Origin: Tortispora ganteri | Taxonomy: Eukaryota | Direction: 5' to 3' | Assembly: GCA_003707115.1 (NCBI GenBank) | Contig: PPNB01000017.1 | Location: 1 to 64,000, forward strand | Length of the DNA: 64,000 nt | Notes under the pieces: generated by a model | What the model was told of the DNA's origin: nothing | Database searches by the model: none | The model's input: only the letters and a program-made list of their open reading frames with translations | Position numbers and translations under genes: made by a program | Shown here: in pieces, positions 1 through 10,798 of the stretch | How the letters are laid out: each line of letters begins with the position of its first letter | Position numbering within the stretch: position 1 is the stretch's first letter

Positions 1-1035
1 CAAGTTTCGAAGTGTTTGTACCACTGCTCTAATCAAGACATGACTTTATACACAGATCATTGCTGCACAAAGAGCAATTTCCCCACAGTAACTACACACG
101 AATTAGTCTATCACTCTAACGAAGTGTGGTATGCTCAGTTTTCACATGATGGCCAAAAACTAGCCTCAGCTTCTAAAGATGGTACAGTCGCTATTTGGGA
201 CCTTGGAAACTTCTCTCTACTGCATGTCCTTGATGATCACTCTGACTCTGTAACTTATATCGGCTGGAGCCCCGATGACTCAATGATGCTAACTTGCAGT
301 AGAGACACTACGGTGAAACTGTGGGATATGACTGACTATACACTAATGTGTACGCTCAATGCTCACCAAGTGCAAGTATCATCGTGTGCATGGCTTCCTA
401 ATGGAAAAGAATTTGTGACATCCTCTCTTGACCCTGAAATTATACTTTGGAATACATCGGGCACAAAACTGTACACCTGGAGCGATGATCGTATATACGA
501 TCTCAGTATAACAGCTGATGGGAAAAAGATGGTATCTATTTGCACAAGACACATGATACATGTATACGACCTTGAGACTCGTGAAAAAACTTCACAGATA
601 TTTATTGGCAAATTCCTCACTTGTGTTTCAACATCTTCTGATTCAAGGTATGCTTTGGTCAATGTTACTGCGGATGAAATCCATTTGTGGGACATAGAGA
701 AAATTCAGTTAGTGCGCAAGTACGTGGGCCAACGACAAGGACATTTCATAATAAGGTCTTGTTTTGGCGGGCCTTCTCAGAATTTTGTTGCCAGCGGTTC
801 TGAAGATTCGAGAGTGTACATCTGGAACCGAGAGTACGGTACGCTGATAGATACTCTACCGGGACATGTTGGAACAGTGAACTGTGTTGCTTGGAATCCA
901 AAAGACCCTGAAATGTTTGCATCTGCTGGAGATGACCATATTATACGAATATGGGAGCCTAAATCCCGTTTGCTTGGTGATCCTGAGAAGCTTAACAATG
1001 GAAATGCAATCAACAAAGGAAAGTTGAGAATATGA
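1..1035 (+). CDS. GID7: WD40-repeat protein, GID/CTLH E3 ligase subunit (Gid7/WDR26-like), 5'-truncated by window edge
   Basis: Frame is open from position 1. Multiple WD repeats, plus the WDR26/Gid7-type motifs SLYxDHxC (TLYTDHCC) and GQRQGHFIIRSCFGG. Confidence 0.8.
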   Translation, partial: QVSKCLYHCSNQDMTLYTDHCCTKSNFPTVTTHELVYHSNEVWYAQFSHDGQKLASASKDGTVAIWDLGNFSLLHVLDDHSDSVTYIGWSPDDSMMLTCSRDTTVKLWDMTDYTLMCTLNAHQVQVSSCAWLPNGKEFVTSSLDPEIILWNTSGTKLYTWSDDRIYDLSITADGKKMVSICTRHMIHVYDLETREKTSQIFIGKFLTCVSTSSDSRYALVNVTADEIHLWDIEKIQLVRKYVGQRQGHFIIRSCFGGPSQNFVASGSEDSRVYIWNREYGTLIDTLPGHVGTVNCVAWNPKDPEMFASAGDDHIIRIWEPKSRLLGDPEKLNNGNAINKGKLRI

Positions 1036-1112
1036 TCCTGCATATTACTCGTTTTGGGATAGGTATAAATTATAGGAACTCTATATAATACATCAATGAT
1101 ATATCTAATCGC

Positions 1113-3263
1113 TTACATTGTTTCTTCTATGGCCCGCATTTCCTCGGAACTTTTACCTGCTCCAGACACAATAGCGTCTATTTTCTTTCGGGCCCATGAG
1201 AACATAGGATCTATCATAAATGGACGAAGGTCAAATCTGTTATCATCAGGCGAGTACTGTTCGGCATGGTACGCTGGTGTGAGAACAGTTTGCTTGTGTC
1301 TGTTAACAGCATAGTAGTAAAAAAAACGCTTTACTTTAGTAGCCACTTGTTCTGGTGTCAACCTTGGGGTCCACAGACGGTAAAGTCGAAGAAACATGGA
1401 ATATGGTCCACATTTGCCTACTTTCCGCAGATAACCAAAAACTGATAGTTCATCATATGTCATTCCCATATCAGCTTCATCTGACTGCACATATGATTCT
1501 GTGATTGGTTCAAGTTCAGCTGTGGGGACAGCATGGATAAAAGAGTCCAACACAGGCAGAGGAAACTCGTCTCGTGCATATGCAATAAATGACTTCAGAT
1601 CCTTCTTCGATATGGACCCTATAGGATTTATGTCAGCGGACGAACAATCGTATTTTGTCAAATAACCACGAAGACATTCATCTACGTTTGCTGAGCCCAA
1701 AACAAGCAGTCCGCCTCCACCAGTTCGAGATCTGACCCAAGGAAGCAATTGCGCAAATAGATACGCCACTACCATACGCAAACGTGCCTGGATATTCTGC
1801 AGAGCTAGATTTTCAACTGCTGTGCCTCCGTGTATCCTAAAGCGAGGAGTTTTCCCCGTGACTGTCTCGAAAAGCATTCTTGTTGCAGACACCATCGTAT
1901 CGATATTAAGGTCGACATGGTACGCTCCTATACACTCAGCTAATTCTTTAGCCCTGCTCCTTGTTTCAGTAGAGGAATTTTCAGTACCCATGTAACATGT
2001 GTGCATTATTGTATTGCAGAGCTCTTGAGGGGATTGTGGCAACCAGTCGGACTCTGCTGGCTTAGCGGCCACTCTTCTGACGTCAGCAATGACTTGAGCA
2101 TTGCCTTGAGAAATCTCATCACAAACAATACGGCACATTGAAAACACTATGACAGCAGTAGAGCATGAATCTATTCCCCCGCTGAGCGGTAAAAAGAACC
2201 CAGCGGCGCGCGACCGTCTGAGATAGTCCCACATCCAACAAGCGGGGCCGAAAGCAATTTCTTCTTCAGGGGTGTAAAAGTTTAATGGCTGCACTGGAGT
2301 AGGTACTACTTTAGGATCAAAAGATGAGAGTCCGATCGAGGGAGAAAGCGCGATAGGAACATGGATACGCTTGTATTCTGGAGACTGAGTGGCCTGTAAG
2401 CCGTGAGAAATGACTGTTCTGAAGCTCCTCACCTCTTCCAAGTCAATTGTGGCCGTCACAACCTCCACATCCCTGAGGGAGAATTGTGAGCCTTGCGCGA
2501 CAATTTTACCATTGACTACGATGATAGCGCAGCCGTCGTAGTATAGACGGTCTCCATCACAGCCGCGTTGATTAGCGTACAGATACACACCTCCGCATTT
2601 GTTAGTTGCCTCAGTGATCAGATCCATACGTGTATTGAGCTTGCGGAGTTCGTGGTGGCTTCCAGAAGAGTTTGTAAATATCTCGACGCCGTCTAGAGCC
2701 ATAGCTATGTGAGGACTGTTCGGAGTGAAGAGCTCTTCGCATGTCTCTGCGCCGAGAACGGTGTCGAGTGTGGAAATGACGGCATCACCAAAAGGTACGA
2801 GACGCTGTCCTGTAAGCTTTCCAACAATTCGAGGTAATGCATATTCCTCAACATGTCTTGGTCGCATCCAGGGCGTGAAGTACCGCATTTCGCGGTAGTT
2901 ACCGTCATTAGCGAGCCATATCTTTGGGCGAATGAGCAGGATCTCGCGTCCGTAAGACAGAACCCTGCAATTGTACCGGACGTTTTTGTGCACAACTGGC
3001 ATTCCGATATCCAGTAAAATATCTTGACAATTTTCGTTGTCGATAATTTGTGCGTACATTTCCCAAGAATGGAGATACGTATCCGACTCAATGAAATGAT
3101 CTAGACATCCATAGCCGGTTACTTCAAGTTCAGGACCTACACGGACAGAAGCTCCACGAGATTTTGCAATCTTAATACTCTCTATAATCCTGTCTCTATT
3201 TCCTTCAAAATCCAGCGCCCATTGATTCAAATTACATGTAGCGATAGTGACTAAATGGCCCAT
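1113..3263 (-). CDS. QNS1: Glutamine-dependent NAD(+) synthetase
   Basis: Starts [22 protein letters not shown] (ATG at 3263). Nitrilase-type glutaminase domain (GPELE, ETCEELF) followed by NAD synthetase domain ([18 protein letters not shown]). Confidence 0.97.
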   Translation of the reverse strand: MGHLVTIATCNLNQWALDFEGNRDRIIESIKIAKSRGASVRVGPELEVTGYGCLDHFIESDTYLHSWEMYAQIIDNENCQDILLDIGMPVVHKNVRYNCRVLSYGREILLIRPKIWLANDGNYREMRYFTPWMRPRHVEEYALPRIVGKLTGQRLVPFGDAVISTLDTVLGAETCEELFTPNSPHIAMALDGVEIFTNSSGSHHELRKLNTRMDLITEATNKCGGVYLYANQRGCDGDRLYYDGCAIIVVNGKIVAQGSQFSLRDVEVVTATIDLEEVRSFRTVISHGLQATQSPEYKRIHVPIALSPSIGLSSFDPKVVPTPVQPLNFYTPEEEIAFGPACWMWDYLRRSRAAGFFLPLSGGIDSCSTAVIVFSMCRIVCDEISQGNAQVIADVRRVAAKPAESDWLPQSPQELCNTIMHTCYMGTENSSTETRSRAKELAECIGAYHVDLNIDTMVSATRMLFETVTGKTPRFRIHGGTAVENLALQNIQARLRMVVAYLFAQLLPWVRSRTGGGGLLVLGSANVDECLRGYLTKYDCSSADINPIGSISKKDLKSFIAYARDEFPLPVLDSFIHAVPTAELEPITESYVQSDEADMGMTYDELSVFGYLRKVGKCGPYSMFLRLYRLWTPRLTPEQVATKVKRFFYYYAVNRHKQTVLTPAYHAEQYSPDDNRFDLRPFMIDPMFSWARKKIDAIVSGAGKSSEEMRAIEETM

Positions 3264-3389
3264 TTTCAGTTCGTTGAAGGGAAAGTTGAATGGGTGGAGG
3301 GGGTGGTGGAGGGGGCAACTTGATCCTTTCATGGCTAAACTCCCATCACATCCTCTACTGTGCTTGCCCTATACACCACGCCATATCGA

Positions 3390-4010
3390 ATGTTTTATGT
3401 ATCTCACTACAAACCATTGACTCGTCTGGCTATTAGGCCTGTGAGGCCGGTTTCTATATTAAGACATATGTCGTCTATACCTCCCCCAAAACCAGGTGCG
3501 ACTATACCATCGTTTAGTAAGACAGAAGAAGAGATGATCGAAAAACGCAAGCAAATGAAACTCGAAGCTCTTAATTCCCATCCGATCGTCAGAAAAACCC
3601 CTAAAATGTTTCGCGAGTCTGTGAAAACTCTTATGAGTTCTCCTGGAACCACTTTAACTTCATTCCTTGTCATTCATGAACTCACCGCCTTCATACCATT
3701 AGGAGTTCTCTTCTATACGTTCAGACACTACGATTTCGTGCCGCCAGGTATACCTGATCAGCTGGTGCTCGTAGGCACAAAGATCGTAGATAAATTTGTG
3801 GAATATATGGGTATTCACACATTGAGTGCAGAAGCCTCGGCAAGGATGGCCTTGCAAGCTGCAGCGGCTTACGGTATAGTCAAAATCTTTCTACCACTTC
3901 GAATAGCATTCTCTCTGTTGACCGCCCCATGGGTCGCCAAACGTTTCTTTGACCCTATTACCACCAAACTTGCTGCAATTATTGCGAGACGCAGATCTCG
4001 TCGCCGCTAG
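3390..4010 (+). CDS. MRX11: Mitochondrial FLILHELTA-family protein (Mrx11-like)
   Basis: Motif SFLVIHELTAFIPL, C-terminal AYGIVKIFLPLRIAFSLLTAPW, Arg/Ser-rich presequence-like N-terminus. First ATG at 3390. Confidence 0.75.
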   Translation: MFYVSHYKPLTRLAIRPVRPVSILRHMSSIPPPKPGATIPSFSKTEEEMIEKRKQMKLEALNSHPIVRKTPKMFRESVKTLMSSPGTTLTSFLVIHELTAFIPLGVLFYTFRHYDFVPPGIPDQLVLVGTKIVDKFVEYMGIHTLSAEASARMALQAAAAYGIVKIFLPLRIAFSLLTAPWVAKRFFDPITTKLAAIIARRRSRRR

Positions 4011-4186
4011 AATTTACTGCATGCCATTTTATCACATAATCTTTGATTATCCCTCAAATCCTATATGATACATTCCATAACTGACTTACCGTTGCTATGC
4101 CCGCTGGTCTAACTGTTCGATTTTAATTTCCGCGCTTATCATTTCTCATCCGCCTTACACCTGTCTATTATCTCTTAGCTGATTCA

Positions 4187-5623
4187 ATGGCAGATACTGA
4201 ATTTGTTACAAAACACGGCCCTATAAATTTTACATTTATAGATGCAGAGTTCGTCCCTGGAAGACTGTACACTAAACCTGTGGCACTGAACTATTTCCAC
4301 AATGGTCGCTTATACAGAACGAGAGGTGAACGTACAGCCGGGCAGTTCGAACTATTCTTCGATTTGCTCTATGTTGGTCTAGTCGCAAACTTTGCCGAAA
4401 CTCCTTCGTCAAATCCGACAGGTCTCAGTTTAGTTAAATATGTTATCTACTTTCTTGGAGCATGGCAAATTTGGGCTGATCTCCGTGATTTCATGGACTA
4501 TTACTACACGGATGATCTCATTCAGCGGACTTTAGTGTTGTGGACTCTTACTTTACTCGTCGTCTATGGAAACAACGTGCCATTTGCACCGGACTCTAGA
4601 GGTGCTTGTTCAATTGCTGTGGGTTCTTATCTTATAGCTCGTTTCTCTATCATGTTGTTTTTGTTTCTTTATTCGTTCCCTGTATACCAGCACCGCCTTC
4701 AGATGCGCGTGTACTCAATATCATCGTTACTGACTGTACCCTTGTGGATAGCTCTCATATTTGTTTCTAACAGGGCAAAGATTGGCCTTGCTTTTGCCTC
4801 GTTTGCAATAGAACACCTCGTTATGTGGTTCTGCTTTTCTCCATATTTCAAGGTTTGGTTTAACTTGGAATATTCAACTGCAGTTAACATCGAGCACGAG
4901 GTAGATCGATATGGTGCCTTTTATGTTATTGCTTTGGGTGAGTTCCTTTACGGTATAGTAGCCGGACGTCCTACTGGTCCTTATTTCACTAAAAAGCTTG
5001 CTCGAGCAATTTGTTCGTTGTTAATCGCCTACGGGTATAACTGGTTCTATTACAATGGTGCGGGCTACGCTAAGTCACATCACCCTTTGCGCCGAAATAT
5101 GCTCACAGCTGTGTGTTTTCTAGAAGTTCACATACCTTTAATTGCCTCTCTAGTGGTGGCTGCTGATGCTTGCACCAAGTTTATTGAACTGGACTCTGAG
5201 TCTACTAAGAAACGAGTAGCTGATGCAGTCGAGTATATGACTGAAAGCCTCGAAGCAGAAGAAGTGGATACTTATGCGTTGCAGTTTTTCCTCTGTGTTG
5301 GACTTGCCGTTGCGCTGCTTTGTCTTACTCTGTTAGCCTATATTGAAGAGCCTATCGAGGTGCGGGGAATACAGTACCGCCCTCGCTTGTTACGATTAGT
5401 GCCCAGGATATTGACGGCAGGTGTGTTTATTGGTCTACCTTTTGCAGAGCTGCCCTCTACCTCACTGCTTGGACTTATTACTGGTCTTGTTGCTGTATTA
5501 TTTTATTATGAAACTTTAATGATGCAAGACTGGCCTGCAATGCTGAATATATTTAACAAAGATAATGGTGTGGAACAGACAAACTCGATTTTGCAAAACC
5601 CTGGTGAGTTCTCGCACTCATGA
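4187..5623 (+). CDS. Low temperature requirement A (LtrA)-family membrane protein
   Basis: LtrA-type motifs FELFFDLLYV and EHEVDRYGAFYVIALGE; many hydrophobic segments. Confidence 0.85.
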   Translation: MADTEFVTKHGPINFTFIDAEFVPGRLYTKPVALNYFHNGRLYRTRGERTAGQFELFFDLLYVGLVANFAETPSSNPTGLSLVKYVIYFLGAWQIWADLRDFMDYYYTDDLIQRTLVLWTLTLLVVYGNNVPFAPDSRGACSIAVGSYLIARFSIMLFLFLYSFPVYQHRLQMRVYSISSLLTVPLWIALIFVSNRAKIGLAFASFAIEHLVMWFCFSPYFKVWFNLEYSTAVNIEHEVDRYGAFYVIALGEFLYGIVAGRPTGPYFTKKLARAICSLLIAYGYNWFYYNGAGYAKSHHPLRRNMLTAVCFLEVHIPLIASLVVAADACTKFIELDSESTKKRVADAVEYMTESLEAEEVDTYALQFFLCVGLAVALLCLTLLAYIEEPIEVRGIQYRPRLLRLVPRILTAGVFIGLPFAELPSTSLLGLITGLVAVLFYYETLMMQDWPAMLNIFNKDNGVEQTNSILQNPGEFSHS

Positions 5624-5715
5624 TACGTTCTGCTAGGTACTCGCTAGTAGAAATACCATCGATCCTATACTTATTTTGTTATTACTCTTATGTGTGTATT
5701 ACCCTCCGATATTTC

Positions 5716-7257
5716 TTAATTTTTCTTTGCCGGACTAGTTTTCAAGAGGTAAACGCATCCATCTCCAGCCACCAATCCAGTCATGTTAGTGCATGTCAGG
5801 TCATTACTTACTGCGGGCCCTCTCACGCATAGCAATCCCTCGTCGTTTGCAGCATTCAGAGAGTTCGTATCCTTGAAGAATATCTCGACTGATGGTGATG
5901 GCCCACCGCAGTTGTGCATGTTCAGTGCAGGGTCGTATTGTCGGTAATCGAAATAATTTGTTTGGCAGATTGCGCCACAAACAGTAGGGTACACAAGGTT
6001 CTCAGAAATATGAGTAGCAAGCGTGGCTTTTATGTAAGCAGCCTCTTCGCTGTCTAAATAATCGTTCTTCTCGATTGTTGTGTGGATTAGTCGTAGAGAT
6101 TTTGCCCATGAGAAGCGGGTAGATGATGGTAAACGGCCACGAGAGAGTCTTACCCTAATTAGGAGCTGAGCGCGCAATTCAGACAGCGAGGATTGCGAGT
6201 CTTTAATATAGTTGTAAAGATTATGTAGGGCAGCGGGGGTTGCTGTGATAACAGTAGGAGGATTGCTCTGCATTAGTTCCGGAATATTCAGCCCGCCCAC
6301 TTGAGAAGAGGTGGCTATATTGCAACCAGCAACCAGACAAGTGTAGAGATAGATCCGACCTATGACAGTAGACCAAGGGTAGAGCAGCAGGACATTGTCA
6401 TTGCGTGTGAGCGCACAGTCGTGGAACATACCTTTGAGCAGGCCGGCTATGGCAGAAACAATATGTCTTTCTCTATATTCTACCTTCTTAATAGTGTCAT
6501 CCTCCTCGTAAGTAGCTATTAGCGCGGGGGTGTCATTGAAAGGTACGAAATCATACTCAACGGAGTCTGGCTCTGGAATGGCGAAGAGATCGTAGTAGTT
6601 GACTACGCTTCGTTGCGTCAGTTCGGCAATTTCTTCAATAGACCATGCGTGCTGTTCTTGCGTAGCTTCTATGTTGAGAAATATGTACTTTATTGAAGGT
6701 ACTTCCTTTATAAGGTCGGTCATTGAGACGATACCGGCCTCAAGAAAGACCATTTCGGGCTTAGACACCGAAAGGTGTTGCAACATCGAATCGCCAATGG
6801 GAGCTATAACAGTCGATATTCCTCTGTTTGCTAAGGCAAAAGTTACAGCTAAATTCGCTGTAGATTCAGGGAACAATATGGCAGCTTTTTTCACGCCATT
6901 ACAGTGATTCTGGATATAGCTTGAGATAGCCTGGCTAACTTCGTAAACGGACGTGATGGCGGCATTCCTGCAATCAAACTCTCTAATATTTGCTTTCAGC
7001 CCAAGCTTACAGATATCTTCCATTGTTCCGTTTCTGTGATTATAGCCGTCGCGGATATGCAGTCCCGAGAGCAGAGGGTATCCAAATGGCGTACTAAGCG
7101 AGCGGAAATAGGGTGATTGTCCTTTCTCGCGCACGTCACCGCGTTCAGACTGGTGATTCAGTACATGTGGGTGCACATCACCCTCATAAGTAAGTTCTCG
7201 GACGGCAGCTATTGCAGCAACAACTCCTACGCCATATGCAGCAGTTTCCCAAGCCAT
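5716..7257 (-). CDS. Degenerate AMP-binding / long-chain acyl-CoA ligase-like protein
   Basis: N-terminal anchor and DVHPHVL..QS..VRExGQSPYFRS..TPFGYPL; C-terminal GGPSPSVEI and GLLCVRGPAV. The canonical YTSGTTGxPKG loop is absent. Confidence 0.6.
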   Translation of the reverse strand: MAWETAAYGVGVVAAIAAVRELTYEGDVHPHVLNHQSERGDVREKGQSPYFRSLSTPFGYPLLSGLHIRDGYNHRNGTMEDICKLGLKANIREFDCRNAAITSVYEVSQAISSYIQNHCNGVKKAAILFPESTANLAVTFALANRGISTVIAPIGDSMLQHLSVSKPEMVFLEAGIVSMTDLIKEVPSIKYIFLNIEATQEQHAWSIEEIAELTQRSVVNYYDLFAIPEPDSVEYDFVPFNDTPALIATYEEDDTIKKVEYRERHIVSAIAGLLKGMFHDCALTRNDNVLLLYPWSTVIGRIYLYTCLVAGCNIATSSQVGGLNIPELMQSNPPTVITATPAALHNLYNYIKDSQSSLSELRAQLLIRVRLSRGRLPSSTRFSWAKSLRLIHTTIEKNDYLDSEEAAYIKATLATHISENLVYPTVCGAICQTNYFDYRQYDPALNMHNCGGPSPSVEIFFKDTNSLNAANDEGLLCVRGPAVSNDLTCTNMTGLVAGDGCVYLLKTSPAKKN

Positions 7258-7874
7258 TTAGTCAGATACTGTGGTCGAATAGGTAGAAAGTCCGTGGTTG
7301 GTTGTTCTCTGCCCAAGTTCGAACGAGTTTATCCTTTTTTGCTGTTGACCCTAACCCGATAGATCGTTGTAGGGCAACCTAAAGTGAAATTGAAGACATT
7401 ACTATCGAAAACATGTTTGGTGTAGCTATAAAGCACTAGGATGCAATTTCTTGCAATGGCCAGTGGTCTGTTGCTCTCGGAAACGTGCAGGTACGACGTT
7501 AAGAAGCGATTAGAGAGCCTGAGTGCGATTGCGCTGTGAGAGTTGTCTACAGGCCTCGGACACAACTTAATCTTATATAACAAGTGAAGCTTTAGAAAGC
7601 AGAAATAAAGTAGCTTTTATAGACCGCTTTGGGAATGATTTATTTGGCTGTATTAAAGAAGTTCTACGTACGCGTACACGCGGCTGAAGGTGTTCTGAAA
7701 TCAGAGTACTGTATACAGCGAATTGAGCGAGGGTCAGGGTTATTCATTATTAACAATTGAAACTTTAAAAATTGCGTGATGACGGGATTACCTAATCAAG
7801 AGTAACTCCGCGGGGGTATATAAGTATCTGGAAAAGAGAAAGGAAGAATGCAATAATAGAAAAGTTGAATAAAT

Positions 7875-8447
7875 ATGACTGTTGAACAAGAAAATAATGC
7901 ATTGTCGCCAACTATAAAGGTACCTGAAGGTGCTGAAGTGGGTACTGTAGCTGGTGGATGCTTTTGGGGTGTGGAGCACATGTATCACAAGTACTATGAC
8001 GGAAAGGGTCTAATTGACACGAAAGTCGGATATATGGGTGGAGACGTTGCGTATCCTAAATACAAGCAAGTTCTGACCGACACTACGGGACATGCTGAAG
8101 TGTTGCAATTTTCTTTTGATCCTGCAGTTGTGTCGTATGAAGAGCTAATACAATTCTTCTACCGTATTCACGATGCGACATCAGCGACGAAACAAGGCCG
8201 CAACGAGGGACGCAACTATCGAAGTGCAGTGTTTTTCCATTCGCCTGAACAGGAACGTATAGCTAAAGAACAGGCAAAGATCGTGTCACACGAGTACTAT
8301 GAAGACGTCCCTATTGCGTCTGAGATCGTTCCTGCCACGATTTTTTGGGACGCTGAAGAGTACCACCAGATGTACTTCGAAAAAGGTTCCGAGGGATACC
8401 ACTGTCCGTCACATTATTTGCGCGAGAAGCCTGCAAAACAAGTATAG
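7875..8447 (+). CDS. MXR1: Peptide methionine sulfoxide reductase A
   Basis: Catalytic GGCFWGVE, TGHAEV, AEEYHQ and fungal-type C-terminal YHCPSH. Confidence 0.93.
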   Translation: MTVEQENNALSPTIKVPEGAEVGTVAGGCFWGVEHMYHKYYDGKGLIDTKVGYMGGDVAYPKYKQVLTDTTGHAEVLQFSFDPAVVSYEELIQFFYRIHDATSATKQGRNEGRNYRSAVFFHSPEQERIAKEQAKIVSHEYYEDVPIASEIVPATIFWDAEEYHQMYFEKGSEGYHCPSHYLREKPAKQV

Positions 8448-8549
8448 ATGTATTTTTCTTTAAGCAGCTACTCAGGAATTTTTATGACGAAATAATTTAG
8501 GGTTACTAACCTTTTATGTAATAAATATAGACATATGTGCCTTTCAAGT

Positions 8550-9869
8550 CTATCCTAGAAGCGGGCTCCCGAACGGCACTTCCAACATCGCTTTAATATC
8601 TTCCCATGATATTTTCGCTTTAGCTTTGCATTTTTTCTCTTTTATTTTTTTCTTATTTTTTTTCTTCTTTTTTTTGAAAATTGTCCCCGGCATCTCGCAG
8701 GTCGCCGCAAGATACTCTAGAGTGTCCTGCATGCGTGAATCGGCAAACTTGCTAGGCTGAAAGTCTAACAATTTCTCATGATATAACATTGCTAGTGCGC
8801 CTCTTACCCACACCGATGAGACGTAGTCTGGTCGGTAATTCAATATCGGTACCAGTCGCATTAGCCTGATCGCCCGGGACAGGTCCGATATGTGGCCCAA
8901 TAGCACTTTGCTCTGCATCCCGTGCACAATAAAGTCTGGTCGATGCAGCTCCTGGTACTTCCAGTCCCAGAACCGTGGCGGGAACTTGTCCTGCGGGCCT
9001 AGATAGAAATTAAATGTCTTACTTGGACCATCGACGTATTGCTTTGGTGCAGGTGCTTTCCTCATTTTCAGCTTGTCCATAAAAGAAGTCTGTATATTTG
9101 GCGAGTAATCCATTACCACTTCATAGCCTTTTGTTACAGGTTTCAGTGGTTCATCATCGTGCCCGACCTCTTGTAACAAACTCAGTTCTCCAGTGATATA
9201 TGGCTCATTCTTCTCATAGTATGCACACTTCCCATTTTCTGAAGATATAACCGCCTTGGTACTTTCCAAGTCCTGCAGCCTGCGATCGATCTCCAGCAAT
9301 CCCGACTCTCGCAGCAGACTGTGGAAATTCTCAAACAGTATACTGTTATAGCTCTTCCTGTTATCCAATTTGCTGTACCTTTCAACCTTCTTGGCGCCAT
9401 TCAACCCGACAACGTTCTCAATACTGAGGAATGTGTCGCGCTTTTCTTTATGTGATTCATACGAAGGTCCTGTCACATTGTCTAAATGACTCGGCTTCTT
9501 TCCGCTGTCCTCTCTAGAACTGCTGTCATCTGTGTCTCTAGCTGATCCGCTAAGTTTTGCGCCACTATTGCTGTCATTACGAGAATTCAATAGCGCACCT
9601 GTGTCTCGAGATTGTCTGTCTTCTGCCTGTTCTATTCGACTCTCCTGCAAAGAATCGAATCTGAGTTTTGTCAACAAACCAGGCACTGGCCTGCACATAG
9701 TACTATACTCTGATACTTTTGCCTTCTCTGCGGGCTCAAACAATATACCAAAGTAATGCAGATTTGGGATATGCGATTCATATATAGCTATATATACTTT
9801 AGCTGGTCCTGTCCTAATTTTGAAAAGACTTGTACTGCCGCTAATCTGTACAAATCTGTCATTATTCAT
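8550..9869 (-). CDS. Hypothetical protein, possibly a degenerate fungal permuted papain-like (DUF6914-like) protein with Lys-rich tail
   Basis: 439-aa ORF with ATG. Segments VYIAIYE..HYFGILFEP and LLGHISDLSRAIRLMRLVPI..YVSSVWVRGALAML. Confidence 0.55.
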   Translation of the reverse strand: MNNDRFVQISGSTSLFKIRTGPAKVYIAIYESHIPNLHYFGILFEPAEKAKVSEYSTMCRPVPGLLTKLRFDSLQESRIEQAEDRQSRDTGALLNSRNDSNSGAKLSGSARDTDDSSSREDSGKKPSHLDNVTGPSYESHKEKRDTFLSIENVVGLNGAKKVERYSKLDNRKSYNSILFENFHSLLRESGLLEIDRRLQDLESTKAVISSENGKCAYYEKNEPYITGELSLLQEVGHDDEPLKPVTKGYEVVMDYSPNIQTSFMDKLKMRKAPAPKQYVDGPSKTFNFYLGPQDKFPPRFWDWKYQELHRPDFIVHGMQSKVLLGHISDLSRAIRLMRLVPILNYRPDYVSSVWVRGALAMLYHEKLLDFQPSKFADSRMQDTLEYLAATCEMPGTIFKKKKKKNKKKIKEKKCKAKAKISWEDIKAMLEVPFGSPLLG

Positions 9870-10798
9870 GTGGTGAGTTGTATTATGATTCAGTTGGACT
9901 TTATTCTGTAACGTTCTTTTATTGACAGGTCCTGGTTTGCATAAGTGGTTTAAATAGACCCTTTCCTACGTCGTATATATAATTTAACGACCTGTGCCAT
10001 CAAATCACTCAGCGGAACTCCAAGCTGGCCGACAGGGCTTCAAGGCTGTTTTTTGTAATACACGAAAACCCTTAAGAATAGTGTTCATAAGTTGAACTGA
10101 CGAATAGCTGTAGTTGCTTATTAATCTAAACATACGTGTCTTATAAATAAGAAAACTCGTCAATTTAATATTAAGAAACCAGTTGATGTCAAACCCTAAT
10201 AAAGAAAAATACCGTTAGTATGTTATTCCTCATTGGCTTGAATAGTTGTCTTGTATCACCTTTATACGCCATTTAAAGTGCTATAATGCAGTATATAATA
10301 TTTTCCATATTCCATAGAATTGTGTAATGATATTAAATAGTTTCTCTTTTTCATAGCTATAGTGTGGTTCAGCTATTTTCCTGTACAGTTCTTGAAAAAT
10401 CAATATATTCTCCGTGGGAATTTCCCGCTTATAGCTATATTAAAGTATTACCTTTTTTATACCAATAATATTAGACATTATTTTGATAATAAATGGACCC
10501 CTATAAAATACCATAGCCAATTCATGACTATTCTGCTTACAACTACAAACATATGATTTATTTATTATATCTATAGGTGTGATTATGCACTAGTTTGTCA
10601 TTAATGCACGATATCTCCAACCAAATCTACAAATGTCAAATCAGAACGCATTGAATCATGGATGATAGTGCTATGGTAAACGTGACAGGACCCCTGAAAT
10701 CTTGTGCTTACAGGGTGCAACTAGCTGCTTATATGTGCTACGCATACATTCATATCAGTTAATTGTTACTCTTCTTTACAATTGTTTAATCAATCAAC

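Noticed and set aside
8442..8530. TACTAAC after the MsrA stop, suggesting a 3' intron
   Set aside because: No canonical donor, and the MsrA C-terminus is already complete.
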